Assembly (NCBI RefSeq): GCF_004010195.1
Contig: NC_057751.1
Location: 5,387,223-5,451,222 of the forward strand
DNA length: 64,000 nt
Origin: Chiloscyllium plagiosum
Taxonomy: Eukaryota
Direction: 5' to 3'
In this document: in pieces, positions 1 through 12,942 of the stretch
How the letters are laid out: each line of letters starts with the position of its first letter
Numbering within the stretch: position 1 is the first letter of the stretch
Notes under the pieces: model-generated
The model's database searches: none
Seen by the model: only the letters and a program-made list of their open reading frames with translations
Told to the model about the DNA's origin: nothing
Position numbers and translations under genes: made by a program

Positions 1-640
1 GCAGTTGCAGAAAGTTTGGAATAGTGGAAGCCAAGCAGTCATGTGAGTCTAGTGTTGACTGATGATGTCAATGGAGAGAGGGAACAGCTGGTTTTCATAA
101 GCTCAGTAAAGCTCTGCACACGGAAATTGTCAGAAACACCAACCACTATCAAGGACTTTGCTCCACAATTACTGCTCTGAAAACAAACTCAAACACACAT
201 GCCCGTCCAGGCTTTAAGTGGAAAATATGTAGTTAGTCAGCAGTTACCTATATAACTTCAGCGGGGGGGGAAGTTTGATCGCTCGATTGGAGTTTATTCC
301 CTGAAAACCTCACCCAGGAATCCTCGCTCACTCTTCCCTCTGCCTGACAGCCTGTTCCAACTTTCCCAGAGCATTGAACTGCAGCAAAAGGAGGTCACTT
401 ATACTTCTGTGGTTTCCAACTTGCGGTTTGTCCCATTTCCAGACAAGTACCTGTGGGCAGTTTGCAGTTTTGACTGACTCAACCTCAGCTGTGTCGGAGA
501 AACACAGAAAGCTGCCGTAAGGGGAGGCCATTCAGCCCTTCGATCCTGCTGTACCGTTCAGCAGAATCGTGACTCATTCCCTCTACCTCAATTTCTGGAT
601 ATTTGACCACAATACCTTTAATGCGTCCAAATGTCTGTTT

Positions 641-750
641 GCAGCGCTCCGAAAGCTAGTGCTTCCAGTTAAACCCGTAGGACCATAACCTGGTGTTGTG
701 TGACTTTTAACTTTGTACATCCCAGTCCAACACCGGCATCTCCAAATCAT
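641..750 (+). mobile_element. Probable PLE terminal fragment with the 3' half of a hammerhead-like motif
   Basis: gcagcgctcc-GAAA-GCTA-gtg followed by a tail ending ccaaatcat; 5' half of the core is absent. Confidence 0.4.
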
Positions 751-2439
751 GTCTTTTTCTTGGGGGAGAGGAAAGGAGTATGGAATGGGGCAGACCACTG
801 ACCCCCATCCCAACACCTTCTGTAGGACCAGATTCCACAGGTTTAAATGGAGACGGGCAAAGACTTAAAAGGTACCGAAAAGGGGCAACTTTTTCCACAC
901 AGAGGGTGGTGCGTGTGTGGAAGGAGCTGCCAGAGGAAGTGGTGGAGGCTGGTACAGTTACAGCAAAGTAGTCTTTCTGATCCCACCTCCTCGACGTCAG
1001 TGTCCAGCAAGTGCCTCAGTTGCGTTCACCTTGACTCAGCCTCTGCAACATCTTCATACTCCGACAAAGACAAATGCAAAATACTGCTTTTGCGTTTCAG
1101 CCATTATCACGTCTGCTCATTGTCACACTCCTCTGTGTGGGATCTTGCTGTGCACGAATGAGCCAGGGTGGGACTGGAATGCGTCAGCGGACTCAGAGGG
1201 AAGTGGCAGTCAAAGTTGCAGAGGGACGGGTCACAATTTTCATGCAACACACAAGAGACTCTTTGGCCCGTCAAATCTGCACCTACCCACCTAAGCACGT
1301 CCCACTGTCCAGCTTATCCCCACTTGGTCCACAGCCTCGAATGTTCGGACATTTCAGGTGCTCCTCCACGTGCCCTTTACAAGATTGTGAGGTTTCCTGC
1401 CACAACACTCCAGATTCCTATCGGCTTCTGGGTGAAAAATTATTAGGTCAAACTCACTCTCAACCTCTCTCCCTTCACCTTAAAACTGTGCCCGTCATTG
1501 TTGACCCGTAAGCCAAAGCAGACAGCTGCTTCCAATCCCCCCTGTCCATACCCTTAGCACCTTTTACAGCTCTCTCAGCCTTCCCTGCACTGAAGAAACC
1601 TGAACATATCCAGCGTCCCCTGGGTTGTGAAAATGCTGCATCCCACACACGGTCTTAGTCAGTCTCTCTCCTGAGAGAGAGAGAGAGAGAGGTGTTACAC
1701 AATTCAAACATGGCGTCCTGTCACCTGAGCTACATTGGAACAACCCAAAACAGAAGGGTGAGGACAGAGAGGGCAGAATGACTGAGATAGCAATGTAACA
1801 CAACCGCATATCATGAGAAGCATGAATTAGAAAGAGTTACCAGAAGGAACTTTCATGAGGAAAGTCTGCCATAAGCTCTTGAAGAACTGAAACACAAAAT
1901 CTTCCTTGGCATGAGTGCAGTTGAATGAAAGTTTTATCCCCAGCAACCGGCAACCCACAAGATCTGAGTTTGCTGTTTGTTTTGAACCATGCAGGCAGTG
2001 ACACTTTCAAAGGGATGGATGGGAAGGATCACATGGCAAGACTGCAGATAGAAATTTTATTCCATCACATAAAAAGTAGTGTGGTGTAAGCATTTTTAGG
2101 AGGTAGCCTGTGATCCAAACTCCATCAAACTTTCCCCATTTAACATGCAAATAGTCAGAAATCCCTGCCAGTTAGATGTTGTCACAGTAAAGGTTACCCT
2201 CTGTCTGGCCAAAGCTTACAACCTGGTGTCTTCAATGGGAGCGTCAACATGACAGTGGGACTAGGCAAGCTGGCTGCTTTTCTGCGGAGAGTGTGGTGCT
2301 GGGAAAGCACAGCAGGTCAGATAGCATCTGAGGAGCAGGAGAATCGACATTTCATGCTGCTTTCCTGTGTCTGTCTCTATCAGGTTCTTGCGGTTTGACT
2401 TGGCTGTGATGAGCAGAGATATCTTCACAAAAACCTTTT

Positions 2440-2887
2440 AACCTTGACGCCATCCAGGACAGAGCAGCCCCCACTTGACTGGCAGCATATCACAAACATC
2501 CACTCCCTCCCCCACCGGTGCTCAGTAGCAGCAGTGTGTACCATCTACAAGATACACTGCAGCAATTCACCAAAGATCCTCAGGCAGCACCTTCCAAACC
2601 CATGACCACTTCCATCTAGAAGGACAAGGGGCAGCAGATAAATGGGAACACCACCCACTGCAAGGTCCCCTCCGAGCCCCTCACCATCCTGACTTGGAAA
2701 TATATCACCGTTCCTTCAGTGTCCCTGGGTCACAATCCTGGAAGTCCCTCCCTAAGGGCATTGTGGGTCAACCCTCAGCACATGGACTGCAGTGGCTCAA
2801 GGAGGCAGCTCACCCCCACCTTCACTAGGGGGGTAACTAGGGACGGGGTAATAAATGGTGACTAAGGCACAAGTGAATTAAAAAAAG
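2440..2887 (+). mobile_element. 3' end of a CR1/L2-clade LINE (family B)
   Basis: cagcaccttccaaacccatgaccacttccatctagaaggacaagggg...aataaatg and A tail; same sequence recurs near 18300-19000, 31630-33050 and 59790-60415. Confidence 0.75.
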
Positions 2888-4819
2888 TTAAAAAAAAGAG
2901 TCAGGGTCCCACATGTAGAAGTCTTTGACTTTTGTGGCACAAATGGGAAATGGTGGAGAAATAGTCCCAGTGAGATAGTTGAGCGTTTGTTGACTGAGGA
3001 ATCTTCGGTGAGATGGTTGCTGGTGTGACAGGCCCTGGTGTTGATGGTTAGTAGTGGAGGCTGTGTTCTTTCTGGCTTGAGTTAACAGGAGCAGCAGATT
3101 CCTGCTGCCGTTGTCATGACGACGGAAAAGGTTGCTTGCCAAAACGAAAGAAGGGCTGGAGTTTGGCAGCTTTTCCTGCACCATCGACAAGGGACAGAGG
3201 CAGCGAGAGTGGTGTCTGGACTGGAGAGAGTCAACATCCAACCAAAAGGAATTGTTTTCGCTGAGAGGGCTGGAGGCTTATAATAATGCTCACTGAGACT
3301 CAAATTTGCGAAACGATTTGGAATGCAGTGCTGGAAGGCTGAATAGTTTTGCGAGGCCACATTTAAAATGATTGAGGCTGCAAGTGCAGAATTTCTCCTC
3401 TGTTCCCCACCCCCTCTTCCCGTCGTTATTAACCCCAAAGGTAATTTAATTTCCTTCTGTAACTTTCACTGCTTTGAACATTGGTGCAGAATTGCCTGCC
3501 CTGTGTCAGGTTTATTGCCTTTTGCTGACTGATTTATTGCAACCTCTCGTGGTGTGAATCCTGTCACACGATGTGAAGTCTGGAGACGACAGCAGAGGCG
3601 GGGCGTGTGTGCGGCTGTGTCAGTCTCCCCTCATACATGAGCAGACTGACTGGCCCACTTCAACACTCCGATGAGGAATCTCCTCTCTCAGAGAGCTGAG
3701 TGTCTTTGGAACACTTTGGCACAGAGAGCTGTAGGGGACAGAGTCCTTGCGGATATTGAAGGCAGAGACAGGGAGAATCTTGATCAGTCGGGGAAACAAG
3801 GGCTACGGTGAAAAGGCAGGAAAGTGGACGTGAGGAATGCTGGATCAGTCATGATCCTGTCAAATAGCAGAGCAGGCTTGAGGGGCCGAATGGCCTACTC
3901 CTGTTCCCATTTCTAATGGTCTTAAAACTACCAATGAAACCCTTCTCTATTTGTTGTTACTTCCCTCAGCTCCTAAACGCCTAGGCCAACCTTGCTCTAG
4001 CTCAGAATATGGTACCCAGTCCTGGTCTCTTTGACAATGGGCCCTTGTTGAGAATGCCTTCCCTCACCCAACGGCTTCAACCTCAAGGCTCAAGGGGCTG
4101 CGTACAACCTCTTCTGAGAAGCATCAACTCAGAGCTGGGAGCCTGGGAAGGGTTTCAAGAGAGCTTTCTAGTCCCACTTGATCCGGCAACTTCAACATCC
4201 ACTCCCTCTACCGCCCATGCCAAGTGTGCAGCAGTTTGTACCATCCACAAGATGTCTTGCTGCAACTCACATTGCTGTGTTTGAGTCACCCCTGGTGGTA
4301 ACTTGGACCAATCCTATGGGATGGAGCATATGGAAAGTAAATGAAATTGGAGAATTCCATTGCAGGGGGGCTAACTGTGAGCAAACGTGGATGTGTGGAC
4401 TGCATGGTCTTTCTTCTTGTACAAAGGCTGGTGGGGGTGCAGGGTAGTTACGCATGGTCTTTGCAGCACTCCTTGGCCTGGGTGTCTTTTTGATCAAAAA
4501 CGAGGGGGAAACTGACCTCATTAATTACTGTATCCCATTGGTCTGAAGACCATGGCTAGTCTCTGAGTCCACACAATATTTTTCCCAGAATCCTGCTGTG
4601 CTCAACAGGGCAATCATGGAGAACTTCAATAGGTCAGTGCTGTCATCTTATACATGGGTGAAGTGCGGTGGGGAAGGGGTGTGGCACCGCATTAAGTGAT
4701 CAGCATCTCTGACTGATTTTTAAACACATCCACTGATGGACAGAGGCATTTCCCCAATGCACTGCTGAAATGTCCTCATGTCCTTAGTCAGAGTTAAGGC
4801 CCGAACAAAGGGGCTGAAA

Positions 4820-5370
4820 TTTGGCGGCCCATTTGATCATTGCGAATATGTTTCTCAATCCCATTCTCTTGCTTTCTCCCTGTAACCCTTCATCTCCTTC
4901 CCAAACAAGGACCTGTCTATCTCGGTCTTAAATACACTCAGTGACTTGGCCTCCACATCCCTCTGTGGCAATGAGTCCCACAGATTCCCCACCCTCTGGC
5001 TGAAGAAATTCCCCCTCATCTCGGTTTAAAAGGGTTGTCCCTTCACTCTGAGGCTGTGCCCTCAGGTCAGAATCTCTCCTCATCAGGGAAACATGTCCAT
5101 GTCTACTGGAAGTTTCAATCAGATCCCCCCCCGTCCCCATCCTGCTAAATTCCATCAAGTACAGAGCTACAGTCCGCCTCATATGACGAGCCTTTCATCC
5201 ACAGGATCATTCTCATAAGCCTCCTCTGCAGCTCCTCCAATGCCAGAACATCCTTCCTTCGATACGGGGCCCAAAACTGTTCACACTATTTCAAATGTGG
5301 TCTGGCCAGAGCCTTATACAGCTTGAGCAGTGTACCCCTGTTCTTGCATCCCTCGTCCTCTGGATGTTAT
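4820..5370 (-). mobile_element. Decayed CR1 3' fragment
   Basis: Minus strand resembles the CR1 ORF2 C-terminus (gaatttcttcagccagagggtggggaatctgtgg) and 3' UTR. Confidence 0.65.
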
Positions 5371-5708
5371 TCTGGAGCAGGTGGGACTGGAACCCAAGCC
5401 TCAGAGGGAGGGACACTACCACTGCACCACAAGAGCAGTCTGGACAAGCACCTTCACTGCTGCTTCCAATTGGTTTTGTTCACTGTGAAGGACCCCGTGG
5501 ACATTCCTCTCTCAAAGCCAACTCTCACATCAAAATTCTCTGCTGCATCACTTGGACTGCATTTCCAAAGAACTTCACTCTCCACGAACTGCTCTTTCTT
5601 TCTTGGGACAGGCAGTTCCATAAGTTGGCATCTACTCCAACAGGATTTCTGGAATCCCATTCCACTCAGGTCCTCAGGGAATTGCAATCTGAAACACTCA
5701 CTTTTGTT

Positions 5709-5720
5709 TCTCTCTCTCTC

Positions 5721-5759
<39 letters not shown>
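5709..5759. repeat. (CT)n microsatellite
   Basis: About 25 CT units with one interruption; shorter CT/GA tracts near 8269, 25311 and 36853. Confidence 0.95.
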
Positions 5760-7338
5760 GCAGCGCTTGGTGCTTTAGTTTCACATTTCTGTCCTACCTC
5801 TGTAGCCTCTCCTTCTGCAGAGGGTAGGTCAAGAGCAGTAACCACTCTGTGCACTGCGAGCAATGCTGTGGTTTTTTTCCTGGGTTTCTTGCCAAACAAA
5901 AAAAAACTCACCATCACAACTGGAAAGAGTTAACTTTGGGGTGGTGTTGGTTTTGTGTGTTTAAGCAGTTCCTTACCAAGCCTGACTTTCACCCTCATTC
6001 CCCGACTTGTTGCAAAGCACTTGCCTAGATTTGTTTGAACTGACCTGGAGTGAGATGTTCACAAATCCCCCACATTGTTAGTACCTCAGCCTTCCTCTGC
6101 ACTTCAAGAATTTGAGCTGGTTATAAACCACGTTGTGTTAAATTACTGATCATCCATTCACCAAAGCAGGAGGTGATCTGTCCCCCAAAACTATTCATCC
6201 AGATTTCATAGGCCATTCCAAATTCCAGTTTGTTCTTTAACTCTCTGAAGCACCAGCATTTTTCCCCCAAAATACTTACAATCAAACTGTTCAGAGATCT
6301 GACAGAACACCTCTGGAGCAGGGACAGCATCTTAACCCTAGCTTTTTAACCCCTCCAAGAACAATGCAGACAGTATCCCTCAGAAACACCTCTCCCCACC
6401 CCCTTTCACCCTAGCTCTTTATTCAATTCAAAAATCCATCAGAGAACCACCCAATCAGACATCAGCTCTTTAACAACTTGTGAAGAGGTAAATGTGCTCT
6501 CTCTCTCTGGGCTCTGATTTATCCTTAAAGGGGCCACTGTTTACAATGCCATCAGTTCACGCCCTGATCTCAAGAAGACACCACAGTCTGTTCCCCCCAA
6601 CCCCACCCCACGTTAACATCATAGCGAAGGTACACAGCATTGCTATCCATGGGATTGAATGGAAGTACAGGGGATGACAGGGAAAGGACAGGAATGTATG
6701 CATGAGGAAAGATGGATCGGCCATGATCTGATTGAATGGAGAAGCAGCCTTGATAGCCTCCTCCTGTTCTGCTTTGCTGTGGTGCTATCGATACTCCCAA
6801 TGGATAGATTCCTTTTCCGCAAAGTGGTTTCACTGAGTGGTGTCTACAACTCAGCACTGAAAGGAGCATTGAGAGGAACAATGTTTCCATCTGGTAGCCC
6901 TCTGGACACACTCATCATGTCACTGAATACAACAGGTGAGGATGCTCTACAGGCATAGGCGAGATTGCAGGGCCAACCGTGTTGTGCAAGATTTGGCCGC
7001 AGGTTGGTCAGAAAGCTTGGTCAGGGACTTGCACAACCCTCCTGTATACCCGAGGGCAGGAACACCAAGATTTGTGAAGGAGGGTGTCCCTGACTTTCAT
7101 CCTCACCACCGGGTCAGAAAGCTTGGTTAGAGACGTCATTTTCAAGAGGATCAGTGGGATTCTTTACCACAGAGGGTCATTGGGGATACTCAAGGCTGAG
7201 ATAATCAGGAAGGGCGTGGAGAAAGGGCAGGAAAATGGCTTTGAGGATGAGTGGGCCAAACATGACCTTATTGAATGGCAAAGTGGACTTGATCGGCTGA
7301 ATGGTCATCTGCTTCTGCTCCCATGTCTTATGGTCGGA

Positions 7339-7590
7339 GTGCCAGGGACCCAGGTTCGATTCCAGCCTTGGGTGACTGTGCAGAGTTTGCACATTCTCCC
7401 TGTGTCTGCGTGGGTTTCCTCCCACAGTCCAAAGGCGTGCAGGTCAGGTGGATTGGCCAAGGGAAATTACCCATAGTGTGAGGTGCATTAGTCAGAGGGA
7501 AATGGGTCTGGGTGGGTTACTCTTCGGAGGGTCAGTGTAGACTTGTTGGGCTGAAGGGCCTGTTTCCACACTGTAGGGAATCTAACCTAC
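7339..7590 (+). mobile_element. HE1/V-SINE-like tRNA-derived SINE, 5' truncated
   Basis: B box ggttcgattcc, V-domain-like gtgtctgcgtgggtttcctcccacagtccaaag, CR1-like tail gaagggcctgtttccacactgtagg. Confidence 0.8.
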
Positions 7591-9049
7591 AGTCACATCT
7601 GAAAAGAGGAAACACCTCAGACAGAGGAAGTAATGTGAGGGAATGCTCCCAGTGGTGAGGATGGAAGTCAGGGACACCCTCCTTCACAAATCTTGGTGTT
7701 CCTGCCCTCGGGTATACAGGAGGGTTGTGCAAACCCCTGGCTATTTTAATCTACTGCCTCAGGCACACCTCTGACAGGGAAATTGAAACTGGATCTGGTG
7801 CCCTGGAGTGGGAAGCCTGGGGGCGTTCTCTGCTGCTGAGAAAGCGGCTGAGGGCAAACATGGAATATTTTCAAGCAGGAGTTAGATATCGTTCATGGGG
7901 CTGAAGGCATCAAAGAGTTGCCTGGCGATGTAGGGAGTGCACTGAAGGCTTACCAGACTGCCTCCTGGGACAGGAGGACTAATGCATGAAGAGAGGCTGG
8001 ATCAGTTCGTACTGCATTGACTGGAGTTTACAGAATAGGGGGGATCAGGGTGGGAATCTCATAGAAAGCTGTAAAATTCGGACAGGACAAGGCAGGGTAA
8101 ACACAGGAAGGACATTCCCGATAACTGGGGTGGAGGGGGGGGGGGTCTTTCCTCAGAGAGTTCCTGAGGGCAGGCTTGCTTCTGTGCCAGTTTGCTGGGT
8201 GGTGTGATCTGCAGACATGCCTGGGGGCTCGGGATTGGGGGAGGCTGAGGAAGATCGGGTGACCTGTTCTCTCTCTCTCTCTCTCTCTATCCTGACATCT
8301 CAACTTGCCCTCTTCTGTGTTCCTGGTGACGCCTCTGCTGCGTATTCCCGGATGGACCTCGGAAGCCGAGTGCCATCAGGGGCCAGCAGGAACGTTGGAT
8401 CCCACCACCCCCCCCCCGCCTCAAGGAGCGGGGCTCCTTCCAAGATGCCCAAGCTCCGAGGAGGGCAATTGCTTCGGGAACCTGGTACTCCGTACTCGGT
8501 GATGCTGCTGGAGAGTGACCTAGTGCCTTGGGCTGCTCTTTGCTTGTCTTCAGATTTGGACGTTCCTGAGAAGGTGGTGCTTGGAGGTACCAGTTGTAGG
8601 TTGTCCACTTTGACCTGTCTGTCCATGGTGTGCTTTGTCCCATGGAACAGGAGTCCAGCCAGTGGCTCCCCAGGCTGATACACTCCACACATTTACCCTT
8701 GTGATCAAATGCAAAGGGAGGCTGGGGGGGGGGCAAGGACGGAGCTCCAACAGAGTGAATCCCAATGGCCCCTAACTGACACTGAGGTGCTGCTGAGTGA
8801 GCCACGGTAGCAGCAGCAGCTGATCAGAACCTGGAGGAGATATTCTCCACAAGCTGAAGGAACAGCACAGAGCTGTGTGCTGGGCAGGGATGGGGGACCT
8901 GCAGCTGTGTGAGAAGGAAGCAGCAAGACAAGGCAGGTGGTGCTAACTCCCAGCGTCCCCTCAGCCACTGCAGCACTCTGATCAGAGCAACCACTCACCT
9001 ACCATCAGAACCGGCCCGAGCATACCATCGCCCTCGCTCCGTGCTGCTG

Positions 9050-9243
9050 GAGAAAGTGAGGGCCGCAGAAGCTGGAGATCAGATTCGGAGAGTGTGGTGC
9101 TGGAAAAGCACAGCCGGTCAGGCTGCATCCGAGGAGCAGGAGAGTCGACGTTTCGGGCATCAGACCTTCATCAGGATGTAGGGCCTTTGCTCCTCGAATG
9201 CTGCCTGACCTGCTGTGCTTTTCCAGCGCCACACTCTCTGACT
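9050..9243. mobile_element. PLE-derived hairpin mini-element
   Basis: gtgtggtgctggaaaagcacagc...ggagca followed by its reverse complement; minus-strand CTGATGA-aggtctgatgccc-GAAAC-GTC at about 9146-9175. Confidence 0.75.
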
Positions 9244-9740
9244 CCCTCCTATGGGAAGGATGTTGTGAAACTTGAAAGGGTTCAGAAAAGATTTACAAGG
9301 ATGTTGCCAGGGTTGCAGCATCTGAGCTACAGGGAGAGGCTGAACAGGCTGGGGCTGTTTTCCCTGAAGCGTCGGAGGCTGAGGGGTGACCTTATAGAGG
9401 TTTATAAAATTGTGAGGGGCATGGACAGGGTAAATGGACCAAGTCCTTTCCCTGGGGTGGGGGAGTCCAGAACTAGAGGGCATAGGTTTAGGGTGAGAGG
9501 GGAAAGATATAAAAGAGACCTAAGGGGCAAACTTTTCATGTAGAGGGTGGTACGGGCTGCCAGAGGAAGTGGTGGAGGCTGGTACAATTTTTAACATTTA
9601 AAAAGGCAACTGGATGGGTATATGAATAGGAAGGGTTTAGAGTGGTGTGGGCCAAGGGCTGGCAGATGGGACTAGATTAGGTTGGGATATCTGGTCGACA
9701 TGGACTGAAGTGTGTGTCTGTGCTGTAGATCGCGATGACT
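9244..9740 (+). mobile_element. HER1/CR1 LINE 3' fragment
   Basis: PSYGKDVVKLERVQKRFTRMLPGL...RLRGDLIEVYKI...TRGHRFRVRG, typical CR1 ORF2 C-terminus, plus 3' tail. Confidence 0.9.
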
Positions 9741-10899
9741 CTCTGCTCCCTTTCTTTGTTGCTTGAAGATCTGCTTTGCCTCTGTCACAGTCTTAGCACT
9801 AATGTCCCACTCGGAGGCATCATACCTGCTGTTTCTTACCATACCCAGCCCGCCTTTCCCCTGGGGAACCCCTACAAAACAATGAAACAAAGACAATGGG
9901 CTGGGAGGTGAGGGCTTGGTCTATCTTCATTGAAGGTACAGGGAGGGCTTTTCATTGATAAATCAGCCAGTGAAAGTTCTCACAGTCAAATGTGAGTGGC
10001 TCCATTTTTCTGGGTTTTAGTCACTTTTTATACTTACAATTTGAACTCTGTGAGCTGGGCAGTATCCTGACCCTTTGCATTATGAATGCAGTGACATTAA
10101 CATCCCCACACCACAATCTTTGCCCCCCCAGCCCTTTTCCCTGACTGACAAACTAGTTAATTAATGAACATCAGCCAGCACTTGGTGGGAGGTGGGGGGA
10201 GAGGGGGTGATCCTCCAAGCTGTGTGTTTCTTTGTTCATTGAAAACATTAACGGGACAGGGCCCATGGGGCAGTGCTTTGAAGAAGTGGCCAATTTGAAT
10301 GCAGGGACAGGAAAGGGGTTATTGGCCAATCAGAGAGAGAACGCAGCCTGTCTGCCTTTAATGGGGCCCATCTGGAACACATTAGCTGGCATGGGTTTGC
10401 TGTTTCATGTTGTCAGGAATCAACACCTTTGGATTCCCGAGTCCTTAAAGGAACCTCTCCCCCTGTAAAGCGATTGTCTTCAGCGGGAGTCGCAGATTGT
10501 CTCCTGGGTCTCATTGAGACTTGCGCCTGAAGTGCACCCATCACCTCTTACCGGGTTGTGGTGGAATTCACCATTCGGGCATCACCAAGACATACCACTC
10601 TGTCAACGTTACCTGGGCTCCAGCATTGGTGCTGGGGCCTGAACGAGCAGGGTGCTAGTGAGATTGGTCAGAGAACCCTTGTGAAGCTTATCTCAAAGTG
10701 GGGAGCATCCCACCGCATCTCACAGAATTGCGACAGAGCCAGAAGAGGCCATTTGGCCCATCGAGTCCACACTGACCCATGCAAAGAACAGTGCACCCAG
10801 ACCTGCTTTGTGTTGGCTGAACACCGCAGTGGGCTTGTTACTGGGCATTAGCAAGTCGCCACTGACAGGGGGAGTTGACCACCTACTTATACTGTGGGG

Positions 10900-11450
10900 G
10901 GCATTCCATAGGCTGCACTGACCCAGGGGGCAAACCCCCCGAACTGGGCTGGCACAGTGGCCCGGGGTTAGAGGACATCCCACAGCGCACCCACCCTGAC
11001 CAGGGTCTGTCTGCAGTGTTGCCGATCAGGAATGGGTGGCTCCAGACTGCCAGTACCAGTCTGGCCTGGAAAAGGTGGCGTCAGTGCCAGGGATGCTGGT
11101 CCATTCCCAAATATTCCAGCAGTGTCCGGAAATAGTATGGCAGGAAATCTCACTTGGCCTTGCGGTGAAAATCTCACCACAAAATCCTGAGCCAGTCAGG
11201 CAAAAGAAAACTCTGCAAGACTCGGCCTCCAGGCACCTCTCAGTCGAGGTTGTGGATTGACGATGTCCCCACGGCTGGAATGAAGGCACAGTTTAAGGTT
11301 CTGTGAAAGGTTGAAGGGGACCAGTGTGGGGTATGAGGGTAGAACACCACACACGTGATTAAGACCCCTGTCACATTTTTCAGGTACCTTTGGTAGGTCA
11401 TTGGCTTGGCGTGCTCGAGACATCCAGTGGCAAAGCATCAGTGGTTCGTG
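10900..11450 (-). mobile_element. Possible highly decayed LTR-retrotransposon pol (RT/RNase H junction) fragment
   Basis: Minus-strand peptide VLPSYPTLVPFNLSQNLKL loosely resembles the Ty3/Gypsy LTSxPVLxxFD motif; weak. Confidence 0.25.
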
Positions 11451-12754
11451 ACCTCTTTGTTCCTCATTGTCCTCAAGTGACTTCCAAACATGGAAAGCTA
11501 CCCACTTGGACTGATGATTATAACCTCAAGACTCCTAAAGCCAGTGGTCACACCAGTGGAAACCCCATTGACCGGCTGGGAGTGGGAGGAGGCAAGGGAA
11601 TGGGTTCACTACGTCACAGAGGCATGGAATGGGTGACAGCAGGGAAGGAGGAAATTGGCCCATCAAGTTTCTGTTGGCTCTCTGCCAAACCACTGTAGCT
11701 AGACCTGCCCCTGCCCTTTGTATACTGTAAACCTGTGCTTGGTCTTCTCTCTCTCTCTCTGTGTCTGTCGAGGTGCTTCTCCAATTCCCTTCTGAAAGTC
11801 ACAATTGGATTCGCCTTGACCACACTCTTGAAGCCCTCCCGATCCTAACCACTGATCGCTCACACTTGGTGCCTTTGCCAATCACCTTGGATCGGTGCCA
11901 TCTGCTTCTCGGTCAGGGGAAACAGTTTCTCCCCACCTACTTGGCCCACCTCTCCTTGTGATTTTGAACACCTCCATCAGAGCTCCTCGCAATCCTTCTC
12001 TTCCCCCAAGGTGAGGAGCTCCATCTTGGCCAACCTTAACGTCAAGCCCCTCATCCCTTTGGCCCACCATGTCCATGCTGACCTACAAACACCAAGCAAC
12101 CCTAATCCCATTTCCCTGCACTTGGTGTATTGCCTATTTTAAGTGATGATCCAGCTGCTTCTTCAATGTTGTGAGAGTCTCTGACCACCCCCAACCTCTC
12201 AGGCAGCACATTCCATGTATACTCTGCTCTGTGTCCTCACTTTCCAACCTTCCTGAAGGGTGCTAGCCCACTTTGGACCCACTCTTCCAACTGAGGCTGA
12301 TGCAGTGTTGTGGAAACATTCACCACAATTCCCTGACTGTTGCACTCTGCTTTGTAACTTCAAGGTTATGCAGCCATTGGCGTAGGCGGCTTAATCTCCC
12401 CCAATCATTGCACTGTGCCAAACAATCCCCAGAGGAATTGAACTCGTGTGGAAGATATCTAAGTTCAGCATTAGCAGATCTGCTATGGTGTTGGTCTGTT
12501 TTACATAGACCAGTCAGTGGGATCTTGCCAGGAGTAGTTCCCTTATTCTGCTGCCCCACTGGAACCGAAATATCTCTTGCAGGCCACAATGTTCACTTAC
12601 TTTAAACTTTTGCTCAAATTAACTTTAGATTTGGAAAGGAAAGGCTGTGTGTATGTTGCAACCTCCTTGACGACAGGATGCCCTGTGGATGGTTTACAGT
12701 CAGTGAGGTGGTCTTTGGAGTGTAGCCACTCTTTCAGCACACAGAGGAGGGTCA

Positions 12755-12942
12755 GGCAGCCGGTTTGGGATACAGACCGACGCCAATAGCAGGGGTTCAA
12801 TTCCTGGGCGCGCTGATGTTGCTGCAAAGGTCACGTCTTCTCAACCTCACCCCCTCAGTTAGAGACATAGTGACCCTCAGGTTAAATCACTAGCCATCAT
12901 CTGTGAGGAGAGAGCAGTCCCCTGGGTCTATGGTGACTTTAT
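12755..12942 (+). mobile_element. tRNA-derived SINE (same family as 50350-50588)
   Basis: B box ggttcaattcc; body cttctcaacctc...gtgaccctcaggttaaa...agagagcag...tatggtgacttta shared with the copy at 50350-50588. Confidence 0.7.

Noticed and set aside
5295..5933. 212-aa ORF
   Set aside because: Built from antisense CR1, a SINE head and a (CT)n tract giving SLSLSL.
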